Source of the DNA: Mobula hypostoma
Lineage: Eukaryota
NCBI RefSeq assembly: GCF_963921235.1
Contig: NC_086097.1
Span: 156,924,001-156,988,000 of the forward strand
Length of the DNA stretch: 64,000 nucleotides
Direction: 5' to 3'
Positions 38,770 to 51,800 of the stretch are shown here, piece by piece. Below the pieces are notes generated by a model that was not told the origin of the DNA, ran no database searches, and saw nothing but the letters and a program-made list of their open reading frames with translations. Every line of letters starts with the position of its first letter. Position 1 is the first letter of the stretch. The position numbers and the translations under genes were made by a program.

Positions 38770-39193
38770 TACAGTAAAGGAGGCCATGGACTGACATTTC
38801 GGAATTGGAATGGGAAGTGGAATTAAAATGGGTGGCCACTGAGAGATCCCACTTTTCTGGAGGATGGAGCGTAGATGCTCGGCAAAGCCGTATCCCAATC
38901 TACGTCGGATCTCACCGACTTACAGAAGACCACACTGGGAGCACTGGATACAGTAGGAGACCCCAAGAGAATCACAGGTGAAGTGTCGCCTCACCTGGAA
39001 AGACTGTTTGGGGCCCTGAACGGTAGTGAGGGAGGAGGTGTATGGGCAGGTGTAGCACTTGTTCTGCTAGCAAGGATAAGTAACAGGAGTGAGATCAGTA
39101 AGAAGGGATGAATGGGCAATTGACTCGTGTAGGAATTGATCCCTGCAGAAAGCAGAAGGTGGGGTGAGGGAAAGATGTGCTTGGGGGTGGGAG
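38770..39193 (-). mobile_element. Penelope-like GIY-YIG fragment
   Basis: Antisense GYGFAEHLRSI; homologous to 36106-36400. Confidence 0.8.
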
Positions 39194-39719
39194 TTATCTA
39201 CCTGCAGACCTTTCAGTTTCACAAGAACCATCTCCTAAGTGTTAGTAACTGCACTCATTTCTGCCCATTGACACTCCACAGAGACATAAAGTACTTATTC
39301 ATTTCATCATCACCCATTTCCTTGTCCCCCACTATTGTCTCTCCAGCATAGTTTTCCGTCTTTACCGTTGCATATAAATCTGACTGACTTATATTCAGTT
39401 TTACTTTCACAACTCTGTGTTTCTTCCAGTTCTGGTATCTTGTTAAACTGCCATTTCCTTTACCCAATACCAGTGGCTGTATTTTCACCTCTCTGGCAAA
39501 CAGCTTTGAAATTGCCTCAACCTATCTCCATAACAGTACCTTGAATCCCTTTTTGTGATCAAACTTGTAATCACCAATCCATTTGGTTCATCTTTGAGTG
39601 TAAAATTTTACCTAGTTTAGTTTCTGTGAAGTTCTATGTGATATTTTGCCTTATTATAGATGCCAAATACACTCACAGATATTAGCTATTGTTCTAGCTT
39701 AAAATTAAATAATTCACTT

Positions 39720-39853
39720 AACATGAGAAAATCTGCAGATACAGGAAATCCAAAGCAACACATACAAAATACTGGAGGAACTCAGCAGGCCAAGCAGCAT
39801 CTATGGAAAAGAGTAAACAGTCGGCGTTTTGGGCTAACACTCTTCTTCAGGAC
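39720..39853 (-). mobile_element. Penelope-like pLTR (its inverted arm is probably at 40928-40965)
   Basis: gagaaaatctgcagat...aactcagcaggcc...ttcttcaggac. Confidence 0.7.
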
Positions 39854-40113
39854 CTCTTTTCCATAGATTGGAAGAATGGGCAAAAAAGTGGGTGCACTTT
39901 TTTTTGCTGGTGGGGGGAGGGGGGATTGTTGCTCACCGCCGCTTACGTGCGGAAGGGGGGAGCTGGGGGGGTACTTTGGGGTTCTCATGTTTAACTGTTG
40001 TTCATTCTTTGGGGCACTTCTCAGTTTTCATGGATGTTTGCAAAGAAAAAGCATTTCAGGATGTATATTGTATACATTTCTCTGACATGAAATTTGATCT
40101 TTGAACCTTTGAA

Positions 40114-40928
40114 GTGGCAGATGGAATACAGTGTTGGGAAATATATGATATGTATTTTGGTAAAAGGAACAATAATGTGGACTATTATCTAAATGCGGAG
40201 AAGGTTCAAACAGCAGAGGTGCAGAGGGGCTTCAGAGTCCTCGTGCAAGACTCCCAGAAGGTTAATTTACACGTTGAGTCTGTGGTAAAGAAAGCAAATA
40301 CAATATTGGCATTCATTTCAAGGGGAATAGAATATAAAGACAAGGAGATAATGCTGAGCTTTTATAAAACACTTGTCAGGCTGCACTTGAAGTATTGTCA
40401 ATAGTTTGGGCCCCATATCTCAGAAAGAATGTGTTCTCATTGGAGAGAGTCCAGAGGAGAGTCATAAGAATGATTCTGGGAATGAAAGGATTAATATATG
40501 AGGAGCATTCGGCAGCTTTGGGTCTGTACTCACTGGAGTTTGGAAGAATGAGGAGGGATCTCATGGAAACCTATCGAATGTTGAAAGGACTTAACAAGGT
40601 GGATGTGGAGAAGATGTTTCCTATGGTGGGGGTATCCAGAACTAGAGTGCACAGCCTCAAAATTGTTCAACCTTTTACAACAGAGGTATAGAGAATTTTT
40701 TTTTAGTCAGAGAGCAGTGAATCTGTGGAATGTTCTGCCACAGGCTGTGAAAGAGGCCACTTCTGTGGGTATATTTAAGGTGGAAGCTGATAATTTCCTG
40801 ATCTAGCAGGAAAGCAGGAGTATGGAGTTGAGTAGGATCTGGGATCAGCCATGATGGAATGGCAGAGCGGACTTGATGGGCTGAATGGCCTAATTCTGTT
40901 CCTATGTCTTATGGTCCTATGGTCTTAT
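40114..40928 (+). mobile_element. CR1 3' end
   Basis: KKANTILAFISRGIEYK, LERVQRR, LGLYSLEF; (TTATGGTC)n tail. Confidence 0.92.
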
Positions 40929-41141
40929 GCTGTTTGGCCTGCTGAGCTCCTCCAACATTTTGTGTATTTCACTCACCTGAAATATTTTTTTCTATCAATA
41001 AACCTAGATTTCTTTAGTGTGGGGATAATGTGGCACAGAACAAACCATTCTTGATTGCAGTTAGCATATTGTTATTTGATGTCTTCTTCAGTGCATCTTA
41101 TGAAAACTTTTCTTTCCATCTAAAACAATAAATAGAACCAA

Positions 41142-41266
41142 GGAACACACATCAAATTTGCTGGTGAACGCAGCAGGCCAGGCAGCATCTCTAGGACGAG
41201 GTATAGTCGACGTTTCGGGCCGAGACCTGTTTCCAGCATCTGTAGAATTCCTCGTGTTTATGTTTT
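41142..41266. mobile_element. Mini Penelope-like insertion
   Basis: Tailless antisense pLTR plus sense tail; 13-bp TSD TAAATAGAACCAA at 41129 and 41267. Confidence 0.88.
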
Positions 41267-41834
41267 TAAATAGAACCAAAGATTCAATTTCAAACTGAAG
41301 AAACCTCAATCTGAAAGTAAATTTAGTTCTCATAACCTAACTACCTAATGTCGAAGTACAACCTTACCTGTTTAATGATACAAACTCCAAGTTAGATAAT
41401 TCATCTGGAGTAGCAAAAGGATAGATATTATTTAAAATGGCCAGTGTATTTCAATATTATAATCCTGGATAATTTGTCCATTTCTTTTCCCTCCTGATCA
41501 CTGCTGCTTCACTTGCCAACAGTGATTAAGGACAAATCAGATGTGGCTGAGATGCAGAGACTGGCTCATTTAACAAAATAGGAAAACAACTAGTGATTAT
41601 TGAACAGCTTCAGAATACATTTTAATAGAGGACAGAATTTAATGTTGAGCAATAGAATGACATATAATGTGTTTAATGCAGCTTCTACTGCATAACATTC
41701 ACAAAACGCATACTTCCACATCTCAACAATAATCTGGAGCAAAATGTCATCCAGATCCTGGAAAATGAATTTTTTAAAAAATATTCAACATTATTTGAGA
41801 AGAGCAGCAGGGATAAGCTGGGTAATTAAAGGCC

Positions 41835-43105
41835 TTTGATTCTAACGGCAGTGGTAGGAAAGTTATTGGAAAATTTTTTGAGTGACAGAGTTAATCCACA
41901 TTCAAAAAGATAGGGATTAATCAAAGATAGTCAGCATGGTTTTGTTAGGGAGAGATCCTGTCTATCAATTTGATTTTTTCCCAATGAGTTAATAATATGC
42001 ATGGATGAGTGCAGTGTGATTGATCAGCCAACATGGACTTCAGTAAGTCTTCTGACAAAGTGGCATATGGATGGCTTGTCTAAAAGGTTGGAGGACAAAT
42101 TGGCATAATAGATCCAAAACTGGCTTGGTAACAAATGACACAGACTGATGGTTAAGGTTTGTTTTTGTGCTTAGAACCCTGTGCACCACAGGGATCAAAG
42201 CTGGAACACACACAGTTCGTTATTTTTGTATACAACGTGGATATGAATATAGGAAGTATTATTAAGGTTCTACGTGAAATGAAAATTGGTGGTGTTAATG
42301 AGGAAGCAGTCAAAGGCTATGGAATGATATTAATGAATTGGTATTATCAGCAGAGCAAGGACAAATGGAATTTCATCCCGATACATGATATGTTTTGGAA
42401 GGACTGATGGGTGTGGAATATACATATGAATGGTAGGGTTCATTGAGGAACAAAGGAATGCTTGTGTACAAGTGCAAGAACCCTTAAAATTGGCAACACT
42501 AGTAAGTAAATTTGTGAAGAAGATATATGGGCTTAGAATGGGGCATTAGAATATAAAAAGAGAAGTTATGGTACAAACACATGAAACAATACTTAGGCCA
42601 CAGTTGGAGTAGTACATGCAGTTCTTGTTGACATGGAAAGAAATGGAAAGAAATAATTACACAAGACAGTGTGGAGGAGATTCATCAGGATATTATCTGG
42701 GAAAGAGTGTTTCAATTAGAGGACAGACTGGATACCGTAGGTCTGTTTTCAATGGAGTTCAGGCCTCATAATACAAATAATGAGCGATATGGATAGGAGG
42801 AAACATTTCCCTGCGGCAGAGAAACTGGAGTGTGTAAGTTTAGGGTAAGAGGTAAAGGGTGAGAGGGGATCTGAGGAAGAAGAGATCGCCCAGAGGATAG
42901 TTAAGATCTGGAAAGTACTGTCTGAGTGGGTGATGGTGGCAGCTACTCTTACTACATTTGAGGAGTATTTCAATGAACACTTTGATCACTAAGAGAAAGA
43001 AGACCATGGACCAAATGCCTATAAATTGATCAATATTGTTAGATACTTGATTGTTGTAAAGGACATGGTGGACCAAAGAGTGTACATCTCTGCTGTATGA
43101 CTTGA
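41835..43105 (+). mobile_element. Degenerate CR1 RT to 3' end
   Basis: DSQHGFVR, MDFSKSSDKV, LRPQLE remnants. Confidence 0.8.
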
Positions 43106-43499
43106 TGACCCAATGATTATGTCACCTTGACTCTGGAACTAAGCTTACACCAAGTTTAGTCACTGACATGCAGACGCATGTGTAGAGTTAGCAGTCAACC
43201 TCAATGTTATGATCATCCATGTGGACCTCCTGCTTGGTGTGTGGATGAGTATGGATAGGTGTATGTGTGGTGTGTAAGTAACATGGGGAGATTTGTATAT
43301 GTCGTTCACCCAACGGAATACCATTATTCATGTTCCCACCAAAATATCAGTGATTCAGCTCAAGAATACAACAGGCAGTACAAGTGGTAGCTAGGGATCA
43401 GCATCTGCAAACAAGATCCAGAATTTAGCCACAGAATCACAGAGAGATACTGAAGGAAGCAGGATCTTCAGTTCCCAGACTCCTCACTGACAATCAACC

Positions 43500-43780
43500 A
43501 CCCATTTGCATTATTCCTGCATTAATGCCACTTAAAAAAAAATCTCTCAACATTCTCAGCAATTCCTCCCCCAGCCCATGATTTCATTATTTGCCCATAA
43601 AGTAGGTAATTTACTGTGCTGATTAAACTACCAGCATGAATGTCTTTGCATTATGGGTGCATACCAGAGCACACAGGAGTCACAAGGAAAATGTGCAAAC
43701 TCACCTGAGACCAGGATCAAAGCCAGCACTCTCGTTACAAAAAGTCAGCAGCTCTACTTCCAACCCAGCAACTTCCACAC
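43500..43780 (-). mobile_element. V-SINE
   Basis: gtcacaaggaaaatgtgcaaactc. Confidence 0.55.
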
Positions 43781-44129
43781 TTACCCGTATGAAAGGTCTT
43801 GAACTAAACATGTCAAAATGGCCTGCTGCGTTCACCAGCAACTTTGATGTGTATTGCTTGAATTTCCAGCATCTGCAGAATTCCTGTTGTAAGGATATTG
43901 CAAAGTCTTGTTTCCAGTTTCATACTTATGCTTATTAGATTTGAACTTGAAAGAAAACTCTGAATAAACATTTTATACTAAAAAGAAATGAATGCACAAT
44001 TGCAGTCCAACAAGCTCACTTGAGAAACTTGCAGACAAGCCAAAGGCAAAATAGGAAGAAATTCTGTAGTGTGGAAATTCCACAAAATTAAATTGGCAGA
44101 AGTGCTAAAAAACACACACAAAAAAATTG

Positions 44130-44500
44130 CCAGATCCTTTCTGACACCATCAAAATTGGCCTTTCTGCAACTTAAAATCTCAACCCGTGGACCAGCCAGA
44201 TTTTTTTCTGTATTTACTTTGAAACTAATGGCATTATGATCACTAGATGCAAAATGTTTTTCTACACAAACTTTTGTCACTTGCCCTGTCTCATTCCCCT
44301 ATAGGAAATCAAGTATTGCACACTCTCTTGTTGAAACTTCTACGTACTAATTAAGAGAAGTTTGACCTGTCCTGATGAAGGGTCTCAGTCCAAAATCTTG
44401 ATTGTTTATTCTTTTTCATAGATGCTGCTTGATCTGCTGAGTACCTCCAGCATTTTTGTGTATTGTTCTGGATTTCCAGCATCTGCAAAATCTCTTATGG
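44130..44500. mobile_element. CR1 endonuclease fragment (-) followed by a PLE pLTR (+, 44367-44500)
   Basis: EKHFASSDHNAISF; gtcctgatgaagggtctc...ccagcatctgca. Confidence 0.7.
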
Positions 44501-44549
44501 TTATGTTCCAGACCAAGAGTGTACCTACATGCATTCAGTAATCATGACG

Positions 44550-44995
44550 GATCTTAGACTCAGACTGTGAGAGATGACTAATTTCACTAAATGGTGGATC
44601 AGGCTGTGGGGACAATTTGGTTTACACCTGCCTCGTTAAGTCAAGGCCCTGATTGTAGACTCAGAAGGGTCTAACAAATCTCACGGCAGTGTTTTGACAA
44701 AGAGGCATCCTACATGTCCTGGATAACATTTATTCTTCTCTCAATATTACTAAAACAGATAATGAGGCCATTATTAAATTCTTGTTTGTGAGAGACTGTT
44801 GTCTGCAAATTGGCTCCCTGTCTTATTTGCATGTCACACATGCACACACCCACACATCAAACAGCAGGTTGAGATTTTTGTGCAAGGTGCCACACATTTC
44901 AGTGCTGACTATACCTCAAAAATACTTCACTGCCAGTAAAGCACGTTGGAATGTCATAAAGGGAACATGCAAGGTCTATATAAATTACTTTTTTG
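44550..44995 (+). mobile_element. Deu-domain SINE (SacSINE1/AmnSINE-like)
   Basis: gtcctggataacattta...ctaaaacagat...gcaaattggct...gactatacctcaaaatacttca...ctatataaat. Confidence 0.65.
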
Positions 44996-45289
44996 TTGCT
45001 TTTACTTGGTCCTATGACAAATATTTCAAATATTTCCTGAATTATCTTCTCAATATAAAGGTTAAAGGTAAGTAATCAAATACTAAATGATTGAACAAGC
45101 TTCACGGTGCTTTTTTGAACCTCTAGTGTAATTTTGAAAAGCAGAACTTTCATCAAAGTGATTGTTTCTTCAGGCCAAAAATGATATGTACATCCATGTA
45201 GGAACACATGACAAGAGATGACCCCGACAAGTTTACAAGGTGAATCTCTTAGACAGATCCCCACTCAGTCTGCTCAATGCTCCATGAGA

Positions 45290-48200
45290 ACAAGGTACCT
45301 CTGGAACCCAGTATTTTCACAAATTTGTAGTCAAGTTTAAGAGAGTTTTTGATCTTCCAGTATGGGGGTCAGGAAGCTGTCCACCAACTCCTAGACCTGC
45401 CCCAAGGGAAAGGATTAGTGAGGGACTATGCAGAAAAGTTCTGCATGTTTTTGGTTGAGATGGGGTGGAATGAGAGATCCCTCATCACTTCCTTCCAGCA
45501 GGGCCTGACATGAGAATGCAGCATGTGCCAAGCAGGACAGCTGCATGTATTACACCGTTCTGCTGCTGCAAAAAAAAATGATGACATATGTGAGTGATGA
45601 TAAACTTCATTCTGATTTTGGTTTCCATTGTAGATTGAGAGTGGGAATCATGGTGGGAAACGGGGAAGGGAGAGGGGAGGAAGCAGGAAGAGACATTCTG
45701 TACTTATCAATAAACTGATTGTTTGGAATCAAGTGAAACTCAGGGCTGGGCATGTCGGTGTCCATGCCACCACCCACCCCTGGCACTCCTTTGCTGCCAC
45801 ATGTCAGACACCCCTCCCATGCCACTCCACCCTGACCATTCCCAACATCCTTTGCTCCCTCCATATTTACAAACGCACTCTCCATTGCATGTTGATAAAT
45901 ATAGTGCTGTGCAAAGTCTTAGGCACCCTAGCTATATATATATATCTGTGCCAAAGACTTTTGTACAGTACTCTAGATCTGCACAATGCTTACGACCTGA
46001 TTTGTATTGGAGAAGGGGTGAGAGGAAGACAGTTTTCAATATCTCCACTGGCCACTATGACTACATAGTGATGCCTTTTGATCTGGCCAATGCCACACTG
46101 CTTTTCAGGCCCCGGTCAATGATGTACCTTGGGACATGTTGAATCAGTTTGTTTTCATGTATTTCAATGAGTTTCTTATCTACTCCCTCCCTCATCAAGA
46201 ATATGTCAAACATGACTGGAGGGTTCTCAGACAACTCCTCATGACCAACCTCTATGTCAAGCCAGAGAACTGATAGTTCCACAAAGAACAAGTGTCATTC
46301 TTGTGCTACATCCTCACCCTTCCCAGTGTTCAAATGGACCCATATAAAGTTCAGGCAATCACAGAGCGGCTCAAACTATCTATAGTCAAACAAGAGAGAC
46401 ACTTCATGAGGTTTCCAAACATTTTATTGCTGCTTTATCAGAAACTTCAGTTCAATCATGGCTTACCTAAATGCTCTCACCAAGAGGACATGTGCAGGGA
46501 TCATATGGACGTGAAGAAGACCAAACATTCTCAGACCTGATGTGACACTTCACCACTGTCCCAGTGCTGCAATATCCAGACCTGTTCCATACATTCATCA
46601 TCGAGTTTAATGAATCAGATATTGGTTTTCAAACTGTACATTCCCATCACTCTTCTGTGCTTTTCTTTCCTGTGATTTGACTCCCACTGAGCGTAACTAC
46701 AATGTCAGGAACTGAGAATGTCTTTTGCTGTCAAGGAGGCCCTGGAAGCATGGTGACACTAATTGGAGGGGGCAAAGGACCACTTTCTGGTATGGACAGA
46801 TCACAAGACCCTCTCCCATATTCAGATGCCAAGAGACTCAACTCCCATCAGGCCTGTCACGCTCTCTTCTTCACCTGGTTTAATATTACTCTCATCTACC
46901 ATCTTGGCAGCAAAAGTGCTAAGACTGATGCTCTCTCCTGGCAGTTTCACATCTCTGAGGACAACACCAATCCAGAGCCCACCCTTCCTCACTCATGCAT
47001 TGCTGCTCCAGTGATTTGTAGAATAGGGGTGGAGGTGTGAGCTGCCCAATAGTCCGCTCCAGGCCCAGGTGGGGAACTTCCGAAACTGGCTGTTTGACCC
47101 TGCCACTCTGCAGCCCAGAGTGTAGGATTAGGGTCGGTCTTCTTGTCTGTTTGGCCATCCGGAAATTCAATGAACCCTGAAATTTATTCGGAGATGATTT
47201 TGGTGGTCATCAATATCCCAGGATGTCCACAACTTAGTATCTGGCTCTCCCACTTGTGACCAGAACAAAACATCACTTCAGTCTCATATAGATTGTGCCT
47301 ACTGTCATCAATAGTAGATGGGTCCCGCCTCTTCCCCTCCTCCCTATGTAGTAGATGGGTCCCTGGTCAGTGCCCTGCAGATCTTCTCTGCCCACTGCCT
47401 TTGCCTCAGTACTCCTGCTCTCACCTCTCGGTGGATTTTATCATTGGTCTGCCCACATCAGATGGAAATACTACTATTCTGGTAGTTGTGGTGCAGTTCT
47501 CCAAAGCTGCCTACTTTATTGCTCCCCTCGTGAGACTGCCTCCCTCATGGTCCAGCACGTGCTTAGGTTACACAGCTTCCTTCAGGACATAGTGTCTGAT
47601 TGAAGACCACAGTTCATGTCCTACTTCTGAAAGACTCTCTGTTCTCTTTTGGTAACTATAGTTAGCTCCTCATTTGTTTCCACTCCCAATTGAATGGCCA
47701 GTCTGAGAGAGTGAATCAGGAGCTGGAGACAACCATGCATTGCATTGTCTCCACCAGCATGTTTCCCTTTGAATGCCAAAAGGGATTCCATCCACCACTC
47801 TTCCCTGATCAAGAGATTGATATGGAAGCTCCTGCTGCTGAACAGTTGCTCCAATGCTACAAGCACATGTGGAAACAGGCCAGGGCTTCTCTGCTGTGCA
47901 CTCAGAGATAATATTCCTGACAGGCTGAGTGTCTCTGCCGATAGGTGAATCCTCTCAAGCCAGGGGAAAACATCTAGCTGGCATATAAAGATCTTCCTTT
48001 GAAATTTGAGAGCTATTTAGGACCACTTGTAGTGGAGAAGGCTGTCAACAAAGTCTCATATAGATTATGCCTACCATCATCAATGAAGATTCACCTAGTG
48101 TTTCTTGTTTACCAGCTCAAGCCAGTGACTTCCTTTCCCCGGCTCCAGTCACTCCCACTTGTCCTTCTCCCTGCTTAGTAGTTATGTTCCTGGTCTGTTC

Positions 48201-48820
48201 TGTGTGGCTTCTCCTAGCATCTTACCAGGTGCAGGGCAGGGTCCAGTACCTCATGAATTAGGAGTGGTATAGCCCTGAAGAAAATTCTTGGGTCCCAACC
48301 AAGACATCCTGGACAAGTCTGTCATCTGGGACTTCCAGTGGACACAGGTCTCTGGTACCTTGGGAGCTGCACCTGGGGAGGTGGACCCTGTCACAACTAT
48401 GAATTCTGATGCAAAATCAGGGCACCCTTACAGGGGGGCTTTTGAATCACGCTCTTGAGAATGCATGCTCCAGCCAATTAGTGTTTCATCGTGTTGGTAT
48501 TTAATTCCCTTCCTCTCATTTCAGTCTTGTTGCGTCTTGACCAAAAGCACAAGAATGTCAATGCTCCCTGCTTAACTTTGTCCTTGTTCCAAGGAAGAAG
48601 TAAAGGAGCGATATTTAGTTAGCATTTAGTACTGCTTCCAAGCCATAGTGTCGGTGTAGCGATGTAGCGTTCAGTTCGACAGTTTTAGTTAACAGCCCAG
48701 TTAGCCAAGCATTTTTTTTCTTTTGTTCTGCACTATTCTTTTTAAAATTTAATGTTCTCCTCATACACTTCAGTGTCTCTCTCTCGGTACTTGAGCCGTA
48801 CCACACATCCCTGTCATAAC
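45290..48820 (+). mobile_element. Second, decayed Gypsy chromovirus; no 5' LTR seen; 3' LTR ~48389-48820
   Basis: gag (DYAEKF...GWNE); RT (LDLHNAY, TGHYDYIVMPFDLANA); RH (LVWTDHK); IN (SVDFIIGLP, NGQSERVNQ); chromodomain remnant (VQYLMN); PPT then TGTCAC. Confidence 0.88.
45545..45973. mobile_element. Second copy of the composite MITE (left end missing)
   Basis: Interior homologous to 6860-7270; palindromic end at 45902-45973 followed by TA. Confidence 0.75.
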
Positions 48821-49084
48821 CCTAACAAGAACAAAGAAATGGAATTTGTTGATGATTTTAAACATGGTACAAAGTATATACTGGAGGTTGGTTGGAAAAT
48901 TCCCCAACAAAGAACACTCATCTATGTTCCCAGTGGTCACGGTTTCACTTTTGAGTCAGCATTTCATTTCTGAAAGATCCTCTCCAGGTAGTTGTTTGTA
49001 AGATACAGACACCACTAAGTGCCTTAGGTAGGAAAGTTAATATCTTTCAGGTTATTAGCTCTCCAGTTTTCGCATGTTGATGTA

Positions 49085-49260
49085 AGAGACCCAATGGCAC
49101 TAATTCAAAGAAGAACGTCAATGTTCCCTGGTCAGCATTTATCCCTCGACAAGAATTAGCCAAAGCCAACAGAATAGCTGGTCACTGTGGAGCTGTCATA
49201 TCTGGAAACGTCCTGCATTTCCAAAGTTGCAACTGTAAGAACACTTTGAAGGTAAGCCAT
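49085..49260 (+). mobile_element. Deu-domain SINE, continuing at 50599-50655
   Basis: gacccaatggcactaattcaaagaaga...atttatccctc; its tail resumes after the LINE. Confidence 0.6.
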
Positions 49261-50585
49261 GCTAAAGGAGTGTAGCAGGAGTGCTGGGAAAGTGGGAGGT
49301 TTCAGACGGATAACTTTAGTCAGGTAGGGAGTGATACTGCTAAAGAATGTGGAGTGTTCGATCTAAGGTTAAGTCCTTCAGAAGTTTATCTGATTGTAGC
49401 TCCACGGAAGCTTATATGGCCTGACATAGACTGGCATTTGCTAGAGGTAACAAGGTAAGGAAAATATGAAACTGATTTGGTAAGTGCATTTAACTGTCAT
49501 TTGATGGAAAAGTATAGTGATTATACTCAGATTTACATGGATGGTGCAAAGGAACCTGAAACAGGAGTGACAGGGTTTGGGGTAGCTATACCAGCAAATG
49601 AAATTGGAATCAGCAGAAGAACATCTAATAAGTTAGGGGTGTTTACAGTGGAGATGCTGGCAGTGTTGGTTGCATTACAATGGGTGGAGAAATCTAGACA
49701 AGTCAAAGTGTTGATATGCTCAGATTCAACCTCAGTTCTAGCAAGTTTAAGGTCTTTTCACTAAAACAGTTGGCAAGATGTACTTTATGAAGTCCTTCAT
49801 TCAGTCATAAGAATTGCAAATCAGGGAGGTCAGGTAAAATTTCTATGGGTTCCAGCACATGTAGGGGTGAAGGGGAATGAGAGGGTGGATGAGTTGGCAA
49901 ACAGGGCGTTAAAGAAAGAAAATATAGAAATGCACATTAGTATCAGTAAAGCAGTGGTTAAGTGTGTAATCTGGGAAAAAAATCAACCAATTGTGACAAG
50001 AAAGATGGGACAGGGAGCAGAAAGGGAGGCATTTATATCAAATACAAAAGAGTGTTGTGGATACTAGGGTAGGTAGTGGATACAGAAGAGAGGAAACTGT
50101 GTGGACTAGGTTAAGGCTGGGGCATTGTGCATTAAACAAGACATTGAAAATGATAGGGAAATACCAAACAGGATTGTGTGAGGAATGTCAGGAAGAGGAG
50201 TCAGCAGAACATATAGTTCTGAGTTGCAGGAAGTATGGGATACAGAGAGAGATGATGAGAAATAATCTAAGCTAATTGGGGGTGCAGGAATTCACATTAA
50301 AAAGGTTGCTGGGCATGGGTGAGGGAGAACAAGTCAGGGTATTTTTAGCTTTCTTAAGGGGTACAGGGGTTTTTTATAGGATATGATGGATAAGCAGGAA
50401 TAGGGTACTAGGATGGCCAAAGATGGGAGGATAAAATGTAGGTTAGGGTATGTGTGTGTTTGTGTGTATGTGATTGGGTGAAGGGATTTAGAATGTAAGT
50501 CTATTGCACACTCCGGATCAGAAGGTGGCAGTAATGTACCATTAAGCTGGGTGCCAACCGCTGTAAAAGAAGACGGAGAAGGAGA
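49261..50585 (+). mobile_element. I/Nimb-clade LINE 3' part with RNase H and CCHC
   Basis: IYMDGAK, EMLAV, ICSDS, WVPAHVGVKGNERVDELA, TRLRLGH, CEECQEEESAEHIVLSC; ggtggcagtaatg...tgccaaccgc stem; GAA-rich tail; TSD GAA(G/A)GTAAGC(C/T)AT. Confidence 0.88.
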
Positions 50586-50869
50586 GAAAGTAAGCTATTG
50601 ACTACAAAATGCTTTCAAAGGTGCTGTGGTTATGAAAGGCAGATACAAAAACTAACACTTGCTTAATACTAATTTGCCGAATGTCTGCATTATAGTGGTT
50701 TTGTCTGTAGCTTCTGAGATATGTTTAATGTTAGGCTTGCCTTGAGGAGGTAATAAATTAATTAAGGTGGGATTGGACAGCCTTCACAGTTTATTGGTGA
50801 TGCTAACTCTTTAGAATTCATTTTTTCTTCAATGCATTGTGACGATAGATAATGTCTAATACCTCAGGA

Positions 50870-51270
50870 GTCACCTTTAGAGTTCAGAAGAATGGAAGCA
50901 GATGTCATTGAAACTTCCAAAACTCTTTGGCGCACTGAATGCAGGGAATGTGCTTCCTTTGCTTCAGGGGTTTAAAACAAGGGTTCATAGTCACAGAATA
51001 AGGGACAGACTGAGTAGAAAAGAAATATTTTCACTTAGAGGATGACGATTCTTTGATATTCTCTAACTTAGAGGAATATGAAAGCTGAGTCACTGAATGC
51101 ATTCAAAACAGAAAACAATAGACCTAAAAATCTTTGATAAAAGGTCTATCAAAGAATGTGGGGATAGTGCAGGAAATGGTGCTGAGATAAAAGATCAGCC
51201 ATGATCTCGAGGAATGATGAGTCAAATTTAAAGGGCTGGGTTGCCTATTCCTGCTTCTATTTCTTAGGTT
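50870..51270 (+). mobile_element. CR1 3' end
   Basis: LEFRRMEADVIET; cctattcctgcttctatttctt tail. Confidence 0.75.
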
Positions 51271-51329
51271 CAAATATAGTGAGTGCATTTACTCTTCTTA
51301 GTACCAACTTCCTCTCCAGGCAGTCTGTA

Positions 51330-51800
51330 CTGAATTGAATTAACTTTGTTTCTTGCATCCTTCACATACATGAGGAGTAAAAATCTTTATGTCACATGTC
51401 CGTCTAAATGTGCAATGTGCGATGATAGTAATTTATAATAAATAGAACAGTGGAGGTAACATAGAAATACACACAAATCAGCGTGAGTTAATATGTCTGA
51501 TAGCCTGGTAGAAGAAGTTGTCCCGGAGCCTGAGGGCCCTGGCTTTTATGCTGTGGTAGCATTTCCCGGATGATAGCAGCTGGAATACATTGTAGTTGGG
51601 GGTGATTCGGGTCCTCAATGATCCTTCGGGCCCTTTTTTCACACCTGTCTTTGTAAATGTCCTGAATCATGGGAAGTTCACAACTACAGATGCGCTGGGC
51701 TGTCCACACCACTCTCTGCAGAATCCTGCGATTAGGGGAGGTACAGTTCCCATACCAGGCGGTGATGCAGCCAGTCAGGATGCTCTCAATCGTGCCCCTG
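51330..51800 (-). mobile_element. Rex1/Babar-like 3' end
   Basis: RGTIESILTGCITAWYGNC...LQRVVWTAQRI. Confidence 0.88.

Larger units (their letters stand above)
37150..39360 (-). mobile_element. CR1 LINE, interrupted by PLE pieces (37778-37997, 38770-39193)
   Basis: IGQSQHGF...YLDFQKPFDKVPH; EMNKYF; accataaaaccataagac tail. Confidence 0.88.
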
